In this document: in pieces, positions 14,181 through 26,402 of the stretch
How the letters are laid out: each line of letters begins with the position of its first letter
Position numbering within the stretch: position 1 is the stretch's first letter
Source of the DNA: Balanoglossus misakiensis
Lineage: Eukaryota; Animalia; Hemichordata
Assembly (NCBI GenBank): GCA_040954595.2
Contig: CM082597.2
Location: 6,659,849 to 6,723,848, forward strand
Direction of reading: 5' to 3'
Length of the DNA: 64,000 nt
Program-made: the position numbers and the translations under genes
The notes under the pieces: model-generated
The model's database searches: none
Told to the model about the DNA's origin: nothing
Seen by the model: the letters and a program-made list of their open reading frames with translations, nothing else

Positions 14181-14543
14181 TTACAACATCGACAACAACA
14201 ACAACTCCCTCCCTCCCTCCATCCCTCCCTATAGGGAGTCCCTCCCCTCCTTCCCTCCCTCCCATCAGAGTGTCATCAAATGAAGCGTAATTTGATTCGA
14301 TGGGAAAAGGCGCCATACATACCTACTGCACTTTAAGTGTACGCTTTAATATCAACCACAATAATCCAGAGTAATCCAAGGCCAACACATACAATTTGTT
14401 TTAAAGTTACAGAATATAACTCCACCATGATGACAAGTGAAATTATGGGTTATTACAATGGCAAGTGACAGCTTATTTTGTCAATGGTACATTATATAAG
14501 TTCAGAACTTGTCCCATAAGCTTATTTTGTCACTTCTCGAGAT

Positions 14544-15753
14544 CTAATGGACGACCCTGCGCTCATCGTGGCATCGTCCGTCAGATTCAACAACTCCCAC
14601 CATTGCACTGAAAACGGTCAGGTGATTACCCAGACACAGGGTAGAATTGAAGTCGGATTTTGGTGACACCTGCAAATAGTCGAGCAGAAAAAAATACATA
14701 TTGACATAGCAGTGGGCGTTTCTTTTGCAAGTGAAACAAGATCAAACACTTGGTTTACGTCTCAGGGATGTAATATATAATGGAAAAGAGTCCCCACTTA
14801 CATCAGTGCATTTTTTACGTTTGCAGTATTTTCCACGTGTCAGCATTAATCTTAAGATGCAGTACCTTCTGTATTTTTAGTTTTTGTTGCATATTTATCC
14901 ACAGTTTCCCCTGAAATCGCACTAATTGTCACTTTTCTTTAGTTTCATCGCTTGGAAGTACAAGGAGCATATTAATTATTTCAAAATTTGAAGAAATGCG
15001 TTTATACCTTACAACCATCATTTTGCCAGTTAGTGTCATCAAAGTAGCTACATCTGTGTTGAGTAGTGAAAACCTTGATGTCAACCCCATGGGCTGTAGA
15101 GAAAAAACAATAACAGAACTAACGTCGGCTTCTTCCACCTATTTCATTTAAACTCAACAGGAGAACCTTTTAAAGATGTGAAACAGGGGTCACGATAGAA
15201 TATTTTGACACAGGCCAAAATTTCTAATAATTTAAATTCCAAAAGGACTGCGAATAGGTGAGTCAATCCAACAGAGAAACATTTAATTGGTGATTTTATG
15301 ACAACAAGCCAGTAATCACCCTATTTTCACCAGAACTTTTAACATACTTTATAATAGCAATGAATATTACAAGCTGAAAGCCCCTTGAGCTGCCAAATTT
15401 CCCCCTTTTCCACTTCAAGTCTATTCCCTGTCCTCTACAATCTTCACCATTAAGCCATATCACATGTATTTGCATCAGTTTGTCAACTCTTGGCGACACA
15501 TACCACAACAGTTGTGTACCGTGTGTATAAGGCTGATTAAACGGGTGCGGCATCCATTTAATATGTTCATGTATACCTATCAGTAAGCTTATTTAGATGG
15601 ACCAATTTAAGTTGGAAAATAAAATCTTAAAAATAACGCAAAAGTGGCAGATCTAGACGCTTTAATATGTGCCCCACACAAAAAGTAATCAGTTCTTTCA
15701 TTTGCATATAAAACCTGACCGTATTCTGATTAGCCTTTTTTAAATATCGCGCT

Positions 15754-15805
<52 letters not shown>

Positions 15806-18800
15806 GTCAGTCAGACAGACAGACAGACAGATATATAGATAGATAGACCGATAGACAGACAGACAGACAGATAGATAGACATATACCCACACAGAAGAGG
15901 CGATAACATTACCTCGCTATCGTCACGCAAAAAGTGGCAACTCTTTGTGCTTTAATGAAATCGCAAGATCGTGGCATTACTTAGTGTATATACATGTTGA
16001 TTTTTCAATTTGACAGCATCATAAACACCAACATCCTCAAACACAACTTACCACTGGTAAGGTCAAAGATTATGTAATACAAGCCCGTCCTGGTGATCTT
16101 TGCTTCCGGTAGAAATATGGATGCTGTACACCCTGCAAATACCAAGTCAGTTACATAATGGAAACCACTGTAGCCACCGACGGCGTCAAGTCTTTCCAGT
16201 GACATGTATGCTGTAGTAGTCTCGAAGACATGCACTGATGCTTCCATGGTGATTTGAAATGCAGAGTAGGCCGATAGCGCCTACAACGAGAAATTGAGAT
16301 AAAGTTAACATAATGAAATTTGTGAGGTAAAGGATAACACTGTGTTTGAAATAGTACCAATGTCATTTATACTCATGTTTGAGTTTTGCGCCGTTAATCA
16401 AATGGTTATGTAAAAGACTAGATCAGAAAACAGTGAATTTCATATAGTATGTGAAGATTACCGTTACTGTCAATGCATAGTTAGTGACTCCTTCACTTTC
16501 CACGTATAATCCCCTGACGATGCTTTCATTTATAGGTGTCTGATAATTACCAAGCCATACACCGAGATCCTCTGATGCATTTTTCACTGAAAATAAAAAT
16601 GTTATGTTATAACTCAAAGTAATTTCAAAAGTCGTCGCGACATCAAACGCTCGAGTCATGCAAATATTGTCCATGAAACATTCGGATATTATAATTCGAC
16701 TCCCTTGTATGTACACGGCACTAAGATGACACATGCAAAGGCAAGCAGACGAATATGGTCTTCAAACAACTTGACTTATCTAGAGTTTCACTTAGTTTTA
16801 AACTTATATAACCCAACGGAATGTTCATGTCCACACTGAAGTTTAGGCGCTGCAATAGTTACAGTCATTGTTCCTTCTCTTCCTATACACTGCAGGACCA
16901 TCATTTAACCGTCTCGTTGCGGAACAATACAACTTTTGTTTCAATTATCCATTTACCAAAAGCAACAAGAGGTGGTTCATTACACATACGGGCATTTCCA
17001 ATGTGACTCCCTTCCAACGCAGATAAATGTAGTTACCATGCGTATGCATTTGTCGACTTTCCATGTATCATGGCATATGTTGAATGTATACACACCACAG
17101 AACTACACAGGTGGTCAACTATGCAGGAAAGGGAAATTTATAAACGAGATTTATCGCTGATGTCTCAAAATACTTACCGTTATCCTCGCAAACTAAACCC
17201 CTATGATGATCACAGTCGCCAGTGAACCATTTACATTTACAATTACACCTGTATAAAGATTCACTGTTCAACGCTTATTGAAGTTTACAATGTGCACAAT
17301 GATTACTGTACAGTGTCTTTAATGATCATCATAGAAAAGATATATAATGATCACTATACGGTGTGTAGAATGATCTCTATAGAATGGCCTTATGACCAAC
17401 CTGCAAAGTTTGCATTATCGAATCAAATCATTAACCGTGCCGCCATACCCTGCCTATTTTTTCCAAAATTGTTGAATATTTAAGTCAAATTTGGTATGGA
17501 CATGGTTCCCATAAATTTCTTACATCCACTGTCTATTGTTTTGTAAGGCCCATGTTGGAATGATATTGCAATCAGCGTTAGCTGTAAAGCATCATGCTCA
17601 AATTGTGCTTTGCAATTCAGACGATATAGCAGGTAAAATTAGTTACCAAAACATAGTACTTAAACTTGCCAAAATACCAGAAATAATGCAAAGATATTGA
17701 TTTTCAGCAGCATATTGTAACCTTTGGGATACGAAAACGAAACAATACACACTTATTCAAACCATTCAACTGCCATCATTTCTCCTATGTAATCTCCTAT
17801 GAAAGTTATAAACGCTATAACAGTTAACGCCATGAAATCAATGACAAACTATATCTTTTGTCTGGCACTGTGGACAATGGTTTGAACCGACTCACTGTAC
17901 GTAAATACATGATCCGATGTCAAGATTCTGGTTGGGAGCGAAACGCGTGTGTTCCAATATCACACCGCTGCTTGTCTTCACAGAGCCATCTGCTGTGACG
18001 GTGGCATCAATCCATAATTCTGGCTTCCGTAGACCGCAAAAAAATGACACACAGTACTGGTCGATTTTACATTCAGTGGTATCAGTTCGAAGACGTATCC
18101 CAAGCTTCTCACATAGCTGGTTTGTAGCCGTCATGCGATTCCATGTGGTAGTTAGGTCGAAAGATGCTGTAGATTAGAAAACAACGCTCGTTCTTTCTCG
18201 TAAAATCCTTTGTAAAGCAAAACACGTTCCAAATCGTCCGTTGCACGAATAATCATTTTGCGGAGGAAAGTGAAATAAAACTAAGCGCAAAAGTCGGAAA
18301 ATCCAACCTTTTAGGAGTTGGGTCTCTAGCCGATAAATCCAGCCTGCTTGGAAGCCTTATAGCCCTACCTGTTCCCGTCGTGGCGGCGGTGTAACGCCGG
18401 GAACACACATACCTGCACGCGGGGCTAGGAAGCCCTACAAGTTCACCAGTAAGATCGCAATGTTCCTCAGTATCAGAATTTGTCTTGCCTTTTACAACGT
18501 GTTTCCGTGGTTACGCGTAAATTTTATTGTAAAAACTTAACCATAACATAATGTCGAGATTTATGAACATATAGGCGCTATTGTAGGTAATATCAAAAAC
18601 ACACCCCCGAGTGTCATGGGACATATGCCTACCGGTAATCCGTTTCCCGATGCGCGCCTGTCACTTGCCCGCCTCCGATGTTGTCAAACTACTGAAACGA
18701 ACTTTCAGCTGGCCAGGGCGGCCGTAAAAGCAATGCGAACTTGACATTCACTTATATATGAACATCACATTGAATTGAATGCATGTACTTTAAGAATAAA

Positions 18801-21800
18801 AGTACAGATATTGTTACAATTGCAATAAATGTCAAAATCAATTGCCTATTTTTCTCCATATCTGGTTATGTCGTGTTTTTGTATCTCCCACAAAGTACTA
18901 GCTCTTTGAGCGGTGTTTAAATCACGCAAGCTCCGAGACCCTCACATGACCAACTTTCAGCCAATCAGGGAAGGCCACTGTCCACCTCTTGGCTCAGTAC
19001 TTTTACAGGCGGCACTGCTTGTACACGCTGCTTCACATTGTCATAGCGTTTTGCTTTTCAAGCAGTATTTAGCGTACGCTGTTGAGTCTGTTTTTACAGT
19101 TACGTTTCGGTTGCACCATCTGTCACCGACAGACGTAGTGGTAGTGATGGATAAGCCCAGCGTCGACTCAGCTGCGACTGGTCATGTAGACCATACCGTC
19201 GACACAGCAAGCCTGTTATCGTCCATGACACCATGTTTGGAGATGCAACTGTGGGCAGAAAAATACGGTATTTCTTTGGACACACTGTCGGTTCTTGGTA
19301 TGCACGGCTTCGTTACATTGGATGCGGCCAAGCTGATCAAGCCTGAAGACGTGGTTAGTATGAAAATCAGTCCATTGGGCCAGCTCAGACAGTTAGAAGC
19401 GGCAATAATCGCGCTGATGGGACCCGCCCAGGGTCAAGCCAGTCCCGCCAAAAACATGACTTCCAAGATGGCGGCCCCGACTGTTGCAGGGAATGTGTCA
19501 AGTTTCTCCAGTGGCGCGGACTGTCGTAAAGACGTGAGCTCTCCTGACCACAGTGCTCCTCCCGTATCTACATTGAAAAGCGAAGAAACGCCTCTTGCAA
19601 GCTTCAACCTGGACACCTTGCTGAAAGCGTTGGCTCCAGAACCAGCGGCTGCGAATTCCAACGCGGACGTGCCGCCTAAATGCGCTACACCTGATCGTAT
19701 GGATTTAGACCCACTGGTTTACCTAAAACCCAAGACTAAAGGTCAGAAACACTTGGATATTGTTGACTTTGTCCCCGGCTCCTTCACAACGAAAGTGGAA
19801 CAACAGGTCCTGTCCGTCGGCGATAGCGGCAGTAAGCTGATATTGGAATCCGGTCCCGCCAAACCTAAGCTGAACTCTGTCACACCACAACAATGGACAG
19901 CGGCGAACGCGCGCATCTTATATGAACTGATTCTTAATCATTCGTTTGATATTATTCAAATCAAACATTATCCAGCATACACTGTGAAAGTATCACAGTT
20001 GGCTGATAGATATGAGTGGGCGTCTGTCCTAGTTTATGACAGGGAGTATCGGATGTTGCAGGCAGCCTATCATTTCCCTTGGGGTACGGAGTCCCAACAT
20101 TTGTCATCGGTACACTTGAGAGAGAAATTCATAGCAAACAAAGTAGCTGGCAAGGGTGCCCCTGGCCCTAGTGGGAATATTAACGAGGGAAAGGGTGTTT
20201 TGCCTGCACCATTAGATGCAAAAACAGGTAGGCCAATATGCATTGGTTTCAACAAAGGTAATTGTACGTTTGGTAATAGATGTACATATGCCCACATCTG
20301 TTTGGAGTGTCGCAAACAGCACCCAAAGTCATCTCATCCAAATGATGAAGAAAAAGTAGCAAGCGAATCAAAAAACTAGACTGCCTGCCTCCCCCTCCAC
20401 CCAACCCCCATAGTTTAAATTACGGTGCTTGGGTCTCTGAGATTGCCCCTGATGACCCCGACAAGGATTTTCTCCTTGATGGTATAAACAATGGCTTTCA
20501 TATTTTGGATTGTAATTCTGTTGGGTCTCGTGTGGAGGTGGATAATTATCGCTCTGCCACTGATGAAGGGAATTGTTGTACAGTGGAATGCCAAATTATA
20601 GATGAAATTAGGGAAGGGCGTTATGTTGTTACCCCTACTAAGCCTCACATTGTTAGTGCTATAGGAGCAATACCTAAGCCACAGTCTAATGGTGTTCGCC
20701 TCATACACGATTGTAGTCGTCCCCCAGGGTCAGCTATCAATGATTTTGCTGATGCCCCCTCTTTCTCGTATCAAACCTTACAAGAGGCCATCAATCTTAT
20801 TAAACCCGGCTCTTTCATGGCCAAGGTGGACCTCAAGTCTGCATATAGGTCAGTGCGCATCCATCCGTCAAATTACAAGTTTACTGGTCTTAAATGGGCT
20901 TTTTCTGACTCAAAGAAGCCGACATATATGTATGATACAAGGTTACCTTTTGGAGCAAAACGAGCTCCCATGATTTTCCACCGCATAACTCAAGCTGTCC
21001 GCAGAATGCTTGCTCGTCAAGGTATAGATAGTGTTGTAGTATATTTAGATGATTTCTTAATTGTTGCTGACACGTATGAGGAATGTCAAAAAGCATTGAA
21101 TATCCTCATCAAACTTCTCCGCAAATTGGGTTTTGCCATTGCATGGCACAAAGTGGAGGGCCCTACCCAACGTTTGGTTTTTCTGGGAGTCCTTATTGAC
21201 AGTGTGAATCTTACACTGTCTTTGCCGCCTGCTAAATTGCATGAATTCTTCCGCCTGCTGCTCTCGTTTCGCAACAAGAAACGTGCATCACGCCGCCAGC
21301 TGCAGTCCCTTGCTGGGAAGCTAAATTGGGCCTGTCAAGTTATTTATGGAGGTAGAACTTTCCTCCGGAGAATAATAGATTGCATAGGCAAGCTTAACAA
21401 ACCCACACACAAAATATTATTGTGTAATGACTTTTTTGCAGATTTAGACTGGTGGATTGCTTTCTTACCACAGTTTAATGGTAGTGTCAGGTTTTTAAAT
21501 CGTGCACCTATTACTGATGTCCATACAGATGCATCTGGTAAAGCTGCTGGTGCTTGGTTTAAAAATGACTGGCTCTACTTTCCATGGAGTGAGTGGCCTA
21601 AAGCTGCTAATTTGCATATTAATTACAAGGAGACTTTGGTTCTCTTGTTAGCTGCTCTCAGGTGGGCCCCATACTGGGCTAATCACAAGGTGATACTTCA
21701 TACAGACAATATTACAGCCATGCATATAATAAACAAAGGAATTTCAAAACATGCTGTAATTATGGATAGCCTGCGTTCACTGTTTTGGTTATCTGCTGTT

Positions 21801-23825
21801 TTCAATTTCTCTGTGCAGGCAGTGTATGTTCCTGGCAAACTGAACAATATTCCAGATGCGATTTCTAGACTACATGAGCCGGGTCAGCTGTTACGTTTGC
21901 ATTCACTGTTTGACCCAGGGGGTGTTTATCACCCTATCTGTACCTACAATTCATTACCTGCTCATATGTCTAGAATGGCTTTGCTGGCACTTATCCCACA
22001 GATTCAGAAGTCCAGCAGCTGGAAGCACAGCTTGACTTGGAAGTTGCCAGATACAGATCCAGTGTATTTGCCACCAATACAAAGCGTACATACAGTACCC
22101 ACTGGAAGTCTTACTTAGATTTTTTTGTACGTCTACTTGATGTTCTACTTTCTAGTGATCTATTTGGAGTTTGGGGCAGTAGATGTAGTTTTATAGTTAG
22201 TGTTAAGATGCTGTAGTGTAATAAAGCCTCCCTGACACCAAAGTCTGATTGAGTTTTGTGTGGTTTAAGTACTAGCTCTTTGAGCGGTGTTTAAATCACG
22301 CAAGCTCCGAGACCCTCACATGACCAACTTTCAGCCAATCAGGGAAGGCCACTGTCCGCCTCTTGGCTCAGTACTTTTACAGGCGGCACTGCTTGTACAC
22401 GCTGCTTCACATTGTCATAGCGTTTTGCTCACCCACCCTCCCATCCCTCTGCCTTGTAGTTGCTTACCTTATACAACGTCATCTTTCATGACATGTTTGT
22501 ATTTTGCTTGTCTTTTGCTTTTTGTGTACATTTTATAGTATGGGGGCAGTAGATGTAGTTTTATAGTTAGTGTTAAGATGCTGTAGTGTAATAAAGCCTC
22601 CCTGACACCAAAGTCTGATTGAGTTTTGTGTGGTTTAACAGAGAAAAAATGACCAGTATAGGTCTAGTTTGTCCAGGGATATAAACATGTTGTAGAATGC
22701 ACAAAAACAACAACATGAAACTAATGTGCAAAGAACTTCAATAAACTATAACTTACTTGCGTTTTCACATAAAATGGGATGTCTCATCAAACAGTCAAGA
22801 TAGCCCCACTGTTTATTTCTGTGAATTAAAAAGTTATGAAGCATATTAACGTTTCACCACGCCAGTCAACCCGTGCATCTCTCAAACTATATAGAAACGT
22901 TTTCTACATTTTCCCCTCAATTTGATTAAAACCCGGATATAATTGAGAATTAGGTGAACTTGATCTAAAAAAAATATAAAAAAATAAACAAATGTGGTAA
23001 AATATTGTACCACATTTTGGTGTTCAAAGGTAACGATGAGACGAAACTGGACATATCTCAAAGTTGCAGAATGAAATTTCCCATAAACTCGAGGTATATG
23101 GGGGTGCAATTGCCAATAATGTTATTCAGTCTGAAGACATTGCCAATTGCAACATCTGGATCTCATTCAAATGTAAATCTATTCTGTCCCAACTGATATA
23201 TTTCAGAGATGGCATATTTCTGCACTTGATTCCCTGTGGTTGATATAAGTTAAGCAATATTAAAATGACAACACAAAAACATTATTTTTCATATTTAAAT
23301 GTATTGTCCAAACGCTCAACTCACTTCAGTGAGGCGCACTTTCCTAATTTCCTTTCAACCTGCGGCTTGTACATGTAGGTCAAATTGTCCCCGTCTCTTG
23401 TGACTGCGTTTCCGTTGTCAATTAACTGTCCATCTATCCAGAACCACTTGCCTGAGATGCTTCGTTCCTTTAAAGTTTTTACTATAGCTGCGTGTTTTTC
23501 TTCGCTGTCCACTTTAACAAGGCGAAGACCTAATCGCTCACAAAAAGGGTAAGCTGTAGCGTGATCCGTCCACCCGTAAACGATGTTGCAATCTGGATAT
23601 CAAATCGTTAATCTTATTACAATCATACATGAAACAATGATAACATTCATGAGCTTCTGTTTTGAGGAACTTTAAACTTTCTGAACACGCCAAACACAAA
23701 ATTAGTGTCTTACCTGCTTGCTGCAGTAATGTCATCGACAACATCACGAATGTAGCGACGAGCGTTAACTTCAAAGGTATTTCACGACATTCTTGTAACA
23801 TCTTACAGCTTCTCCGGCAAGCCAT
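14544..23825 (-). CDS. Multi-exon gene B, paralog of gene A (signal peptide, 2 CTL, truncated GAIN, GPS); possibly a pseudogene
   Basis: Exons 23825-23714, 23592-23325, 22818-22757, 18166-17896, 17248-17178, 16586-16462, 16280-16052, 15093-15008, 14669-14544, all phase-compatible. Lacks the ~2 kb segment corresponding to 3390-5402 of gene A; GPS reads CLGNHLTVF (Cys to Gly). Confidence 0.7.
15754..15882. repeat. (CAGA)n/(TAGA)n microsatellite
   Basis: Directly visible. Confidence 0.95.
19147..20379 (+). CDS. Ngaro/DIRS gag-like ORF1 with C-terminal CCCH zinc finger
   Basis: ORF 18913..20379, likely ATG at 19147; YEWASVLVYDREYR motif and CIGFNKGNC..CTYAHIC..C...H typical of DIRS-group ORF1. 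Confidence 0.85.
   Translation: MDKPSVDSAATGHVDHTVDTASLLSSMTPCLEMQLWAEKYGISLDTLSVLGMHGFVTLDAAKLIKPEDVVSMKISPLGQLRQLEAAIIALMGPAQGQASPAKNMTSKMAAPTVAGNVSSFSSGADCRKDVSSPDHSAPPVSTLKSEETPLASFNLDTLLKALAPEPAAANSNADVPPKCATPDRMDLDPLVYLKPKTKGQKHLDIVDFVPGSFTTKVEQQVLSVGDSGSKLILESGPAKPKLNSVTPQQWTAANARILYELILNHSFDIIQIKHYPAYTVKVSQLADRYEWASVLVYDREYRMLQAAYHFPWGTESQHLSSVHLREKFIANKVAGKGAPGPSGNINEGKGVLPAPLDAKTGRPICIGFNKGNCTFGNRCTYAHICLECRKQHPKSSHPNDEEKVASESKN
20505..22118 (+). CDS. Reverse transcriptase / RNase H (DIRS/Ngaro ORF2)
   Basis: RLIHD, KVDLKSAY, LPFG, YLDD (RT); TDAS, HINYKE, TDN, N..PDAISR (RNase H). The frame continues upstream of the listed start. Confidence 0.95.
   Translation: MDCNSVGSRVEVDNYRSATDEGNCCTVECQIIDEIREGRYVVTPTKPHIVSAIGAIPKPQSNGVRLIHDCSRPPGSAINDFADAPSFSYQTLQEAINLIKPGSFMAKVDLKSAYRSVRIHPSNYKFTGLKWAFSDSKKPTYMYDTRLPFGAKRAPMIFHRITQAVRRMLARQGIDSVVVYLDDFLIVADTYEECQKALNILIKLLRKLGFAIAWHKVEGPTQRLVFLGVLIDSVNLTLSLPPAKLHEFFRLLLSFRNKKRASRRQLQSLAGKLNWACQVIYGGRTFLRRIIDCIGKLNKPTHKILLCNDFFADLDWWIAFLPQFNGSVRFLNRAPITDVHTDASGKAAGAWFKNDWLYFPWSEWPKAANLHINYKETLVLLLAALRWAPYWANHKVILHTDNITAMHIINKGISKHAVIMDSLRSLFWLSAVFNFSVQAVYVPGKLNNIPDAISRLHEPGQLLRLHSLFDPGGVYHPICTYNSLPAHMSRMALLALIPQIQKSSSWKHSLTWKLPDTDPVYLPPIQSVHTVPTGSLT
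22000..22200 (+). pseudogene. Remnant of the tyrosine recombinase ORF (N-terminal helix region joined to the 3' end)
   Basis: An alternative frame reads EVQQLEAQLDLEVARYRSSVFATNTKRTYSTHWKSYLDFF, resembling the N-terminal region of DIRS YRs, then runs almost directly into repeat B1; no catalytic RHRY region is present. Confidence 0.65.
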
Positions 23826-24049
23826 GGTTGCGAGTTTGCGGCTAATCAGCGAGCATTTTATGGACCAACATCTCAGAAAGAGATTAGGGGCTAAACGGAG
23901 ATGCTACGCCGTGTTCCTTTATTTGTGCGTAATAGCAGCTACCGCCTGGGGTTGTTCGGACCAACCAGTGTTGCGTCAATTGCCCCAACCCCTACACGCT
24001 TTGTCGAGTCAGTTCACCACAGGCCTTGCATCAGGATAATAATAATAAT

Positions 24050-24870
24050 ATCATAGATAACATATAATGATCATTATTGACACTGTACAGTAAACGCTGT
24101 AGACACCGTATACTTACAACGCTTTGAACATTAATTCATTTAACTGATGTGTTATTGAGAAATGTGAATGGTTCATTGGCGACTGTAATATAAAATAGAA
24201 CGTGTTCGCGAGGATAACAGTTAAAGCATTTATGATACGTCAGCAAAAAGTTGAAATCATACATGATCACTTTATTGCATATCTGACCACCTGTATATAG
24301 TCCTGCCGTGTGCATACTTTCAATATGCCATTATACATGGAACTTAGACAAAGGCATACTCATGATAAATGCATTTACCCACGTGTAAGGAAGAGGCATT
24401 CAAAATGTTTAATGTTTAATTGATGGTTCGGCATCTCGCGATGAATCTTGTATGAGATTTTCCACCCTATTTCATTAAGTACTCACCAGTTAATGCGTGA
24501 CTTTACCATTTATGTATTAATGACTGTCATAAAATGAAAAGGAACGAATGAATATGAAACTTGTTGCTCCCGGTTATTGGATAAATTAAACAAAAGTGGT
24601 ATTAATCATCAAAGTGTCATAACCAGCGGACATTATGTAAAAAACATTTGCCGAACCCAGTTAAGGGAAATTCAGCATATTGTCTCGAAACACATTTTTC
24701 TCTTGAATGCACATTCGATATATATGTTTAATGCCTTGCCTTTAACGCCTTCTTCACATAAGTTTTCCCAGATATCTACATTTAAAAATTGATCGTCTGC
24801 CACTGTGTAGAGAATGCAAACTTTTCTAAAGCTTTGTAACAAACCTCATCAAGGAATAGTTATTTGATAG
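24050..24870 (+). pseudogene. Inverted degenerate fragment of a CTL-GPS paralog
   Basis: 24150-24500 is reverse-complement similar to 16640-17300 and 5350-5990 (e.g. aatggttcattggcgactgt..gcgaggataac); 24680-24870 resembles 14020-14180. Confidence 0.55.
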
Positions 24871-24997
24871 TCTTGTCGTGTCTTCCTTTGATGATGAGAA
24901 ACATTCGTATACTATAGAGTCTGTATGGTCAGGGTGGCGGTTGGGATGTAGGAGAGACGGGGACACGTGTAGAGTATAAAATTCAACGCCGATGACT

Positions 24998-26165
24998 TTA
25001 TTAGCTCTGCTGTCACTTGGGTCAGCAGAGCTGTAGCAGTAGGTTGATAAGTGTCCGTCCGTCGTCTGTCGTCCATCGTCCGTCGTCCGTCAACTTTTGG
25101 TATTTCAATCTTCTTCTTTAAAACTACTTGGCATATTTAGCTGAAATTTGGTTGGAATGTGTGTTATGGTGCCCTTACCTGATTTTGTTAATTTGGATTT
25201 GATGGGGTCATGAATATGCAACTTAGATCTAAAAATAGAAGTTTTGGTAAAAATCTTCTTCTCCACAACTACGTGTACAATGGAGCTGAAATTTAGTAGG
25301 AATTTGTGTTATGGTGCCCCGACCTGATTTTGTTAATTTGGATTTGATGGGGTCATGAATATGCAACTTAGATCTAAAAATAGAAGTTTTGGTCAAAAAT
25401 CTTCTTCTCCATAACTACATGTACGATGGAGCTGAAATCTGGTAGGAATGTGTGTTATGGTGCCCCTTCCTGATTGTGTTAATTTGGATATGATGGGGTC
25501 ATAAATATGCAAATTAGATCTAAAAATAGAATTTTTGGTAAAACAATTTCTTCTCCATAACTGCATGTACGATGGAGCTGAAATTTGGTAGGAATGTGTG
25601 TTATGGTGCCCCTTCCTGATTGTGTTAATTTGGATATGATGGGGTCATGAATATGTAAATTAGATCTAAAAATAAAATTTTTGGTAAAAAATCTTCTTCT
25701 CCCTAACTACATGTACGATGGAGCTGAAATTTGGTAGGAATGTGTGTTATGGTGTCCCTACTTGATTTTGTGGGGTCATAAATATGCAAATTAGATCTAA
25801 AAATAGAATTTTTGGTAAAAAAATCTTCTCCCTAACTACATGTACGATGCAGCTGAAATTGGGAATGTGTGGTATGGTGCCCCTACATTGTACCTGATTT
25901 TGTTAATTTGAATTTTGATGGGGTCATGAATATGCAAATTAGAACCTTGGTGCTTCCTTTTGATGTTGTTCTTTAGGATTCAATTCTTTCTTTCTTTAGC
26001 GCAATGAATCAAGCTGAATTTGGATAATAATTACTTGTGATGTCTATATTTGGTTTTGTTCAATAGAATACAATTGTTATGAATTTAAACCTAGGGTATT
26101 CATATCATCGCCCAGGTTACACTGTTAAAGTCAGTAGAGCTCTTTTGACCGATGGGTCACTTGTT
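24998..26165 (+). mobile_element. Non-autonomous Helentron-like element (HINE type) with ~146 bp internal tandem repeats
   Basis: 5' palindrome agctctgctg..cagcagagct, GTCC/GTC microsatellite, ~6 core repeats (25110-25940), 3' subTIR cagtagagct plus hairpin tgacc-gatg-ggtca followed by cttgtt; T-rich flanks. Confidence 0.75.
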
Positions 26166-26402
26166 TTAAAAAGGACCAGCCATAGACATAGAGGACAAGA
26201 TTTGTAGTCCAGGCTTGACCAATAAAGAACCGCGCTCAAAACATATCTACTTGCTACAAATTATGACCAAAATCATTCAATGATACAATTCATATTTGAA
26301 AAGACATCTAAAATAACGACAAAAATCTTGAACAACAAACCATAACTTCTGCAGCATGCGTTTCGTGTTGTCACCTCTTAGGACCAATCGGACGCCCCTG
26401 TG

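Larger units (their letters stand above)
18893..22638 (+). mobile_element. Ngaro-type (DIRS order) tyrosine-recombinase retrotransposon with split direct repeats; YR gene internally deleted
   Basis: A1 18893-19055 matches A2 22267-22429 (one mismatch seen); B1 22173-22268 matches B2 22543-22638. Order is A1-gag-RT/RH-B1-A2-B2; no TSD. Lies in an intron of gene B, opposite strand. Confidence 0.93.

Noticed and set aside
22287-22538. 83 aa ORF identical to the start of the gag ORF
   Set aside because: Translation of terminal repeat A2, not a gene.
18893-22638. LTR retrotransposon interpretation
   Set aside because: No integrase or protease, no TG..CA ends or TSD; the repeat order A..BAB is Ngaro-type.
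25110-25940. Possible CRISPR-like array
   Set aside because: ~146 bp full-length tandem repeats, the core repeats of a HINE-type element.
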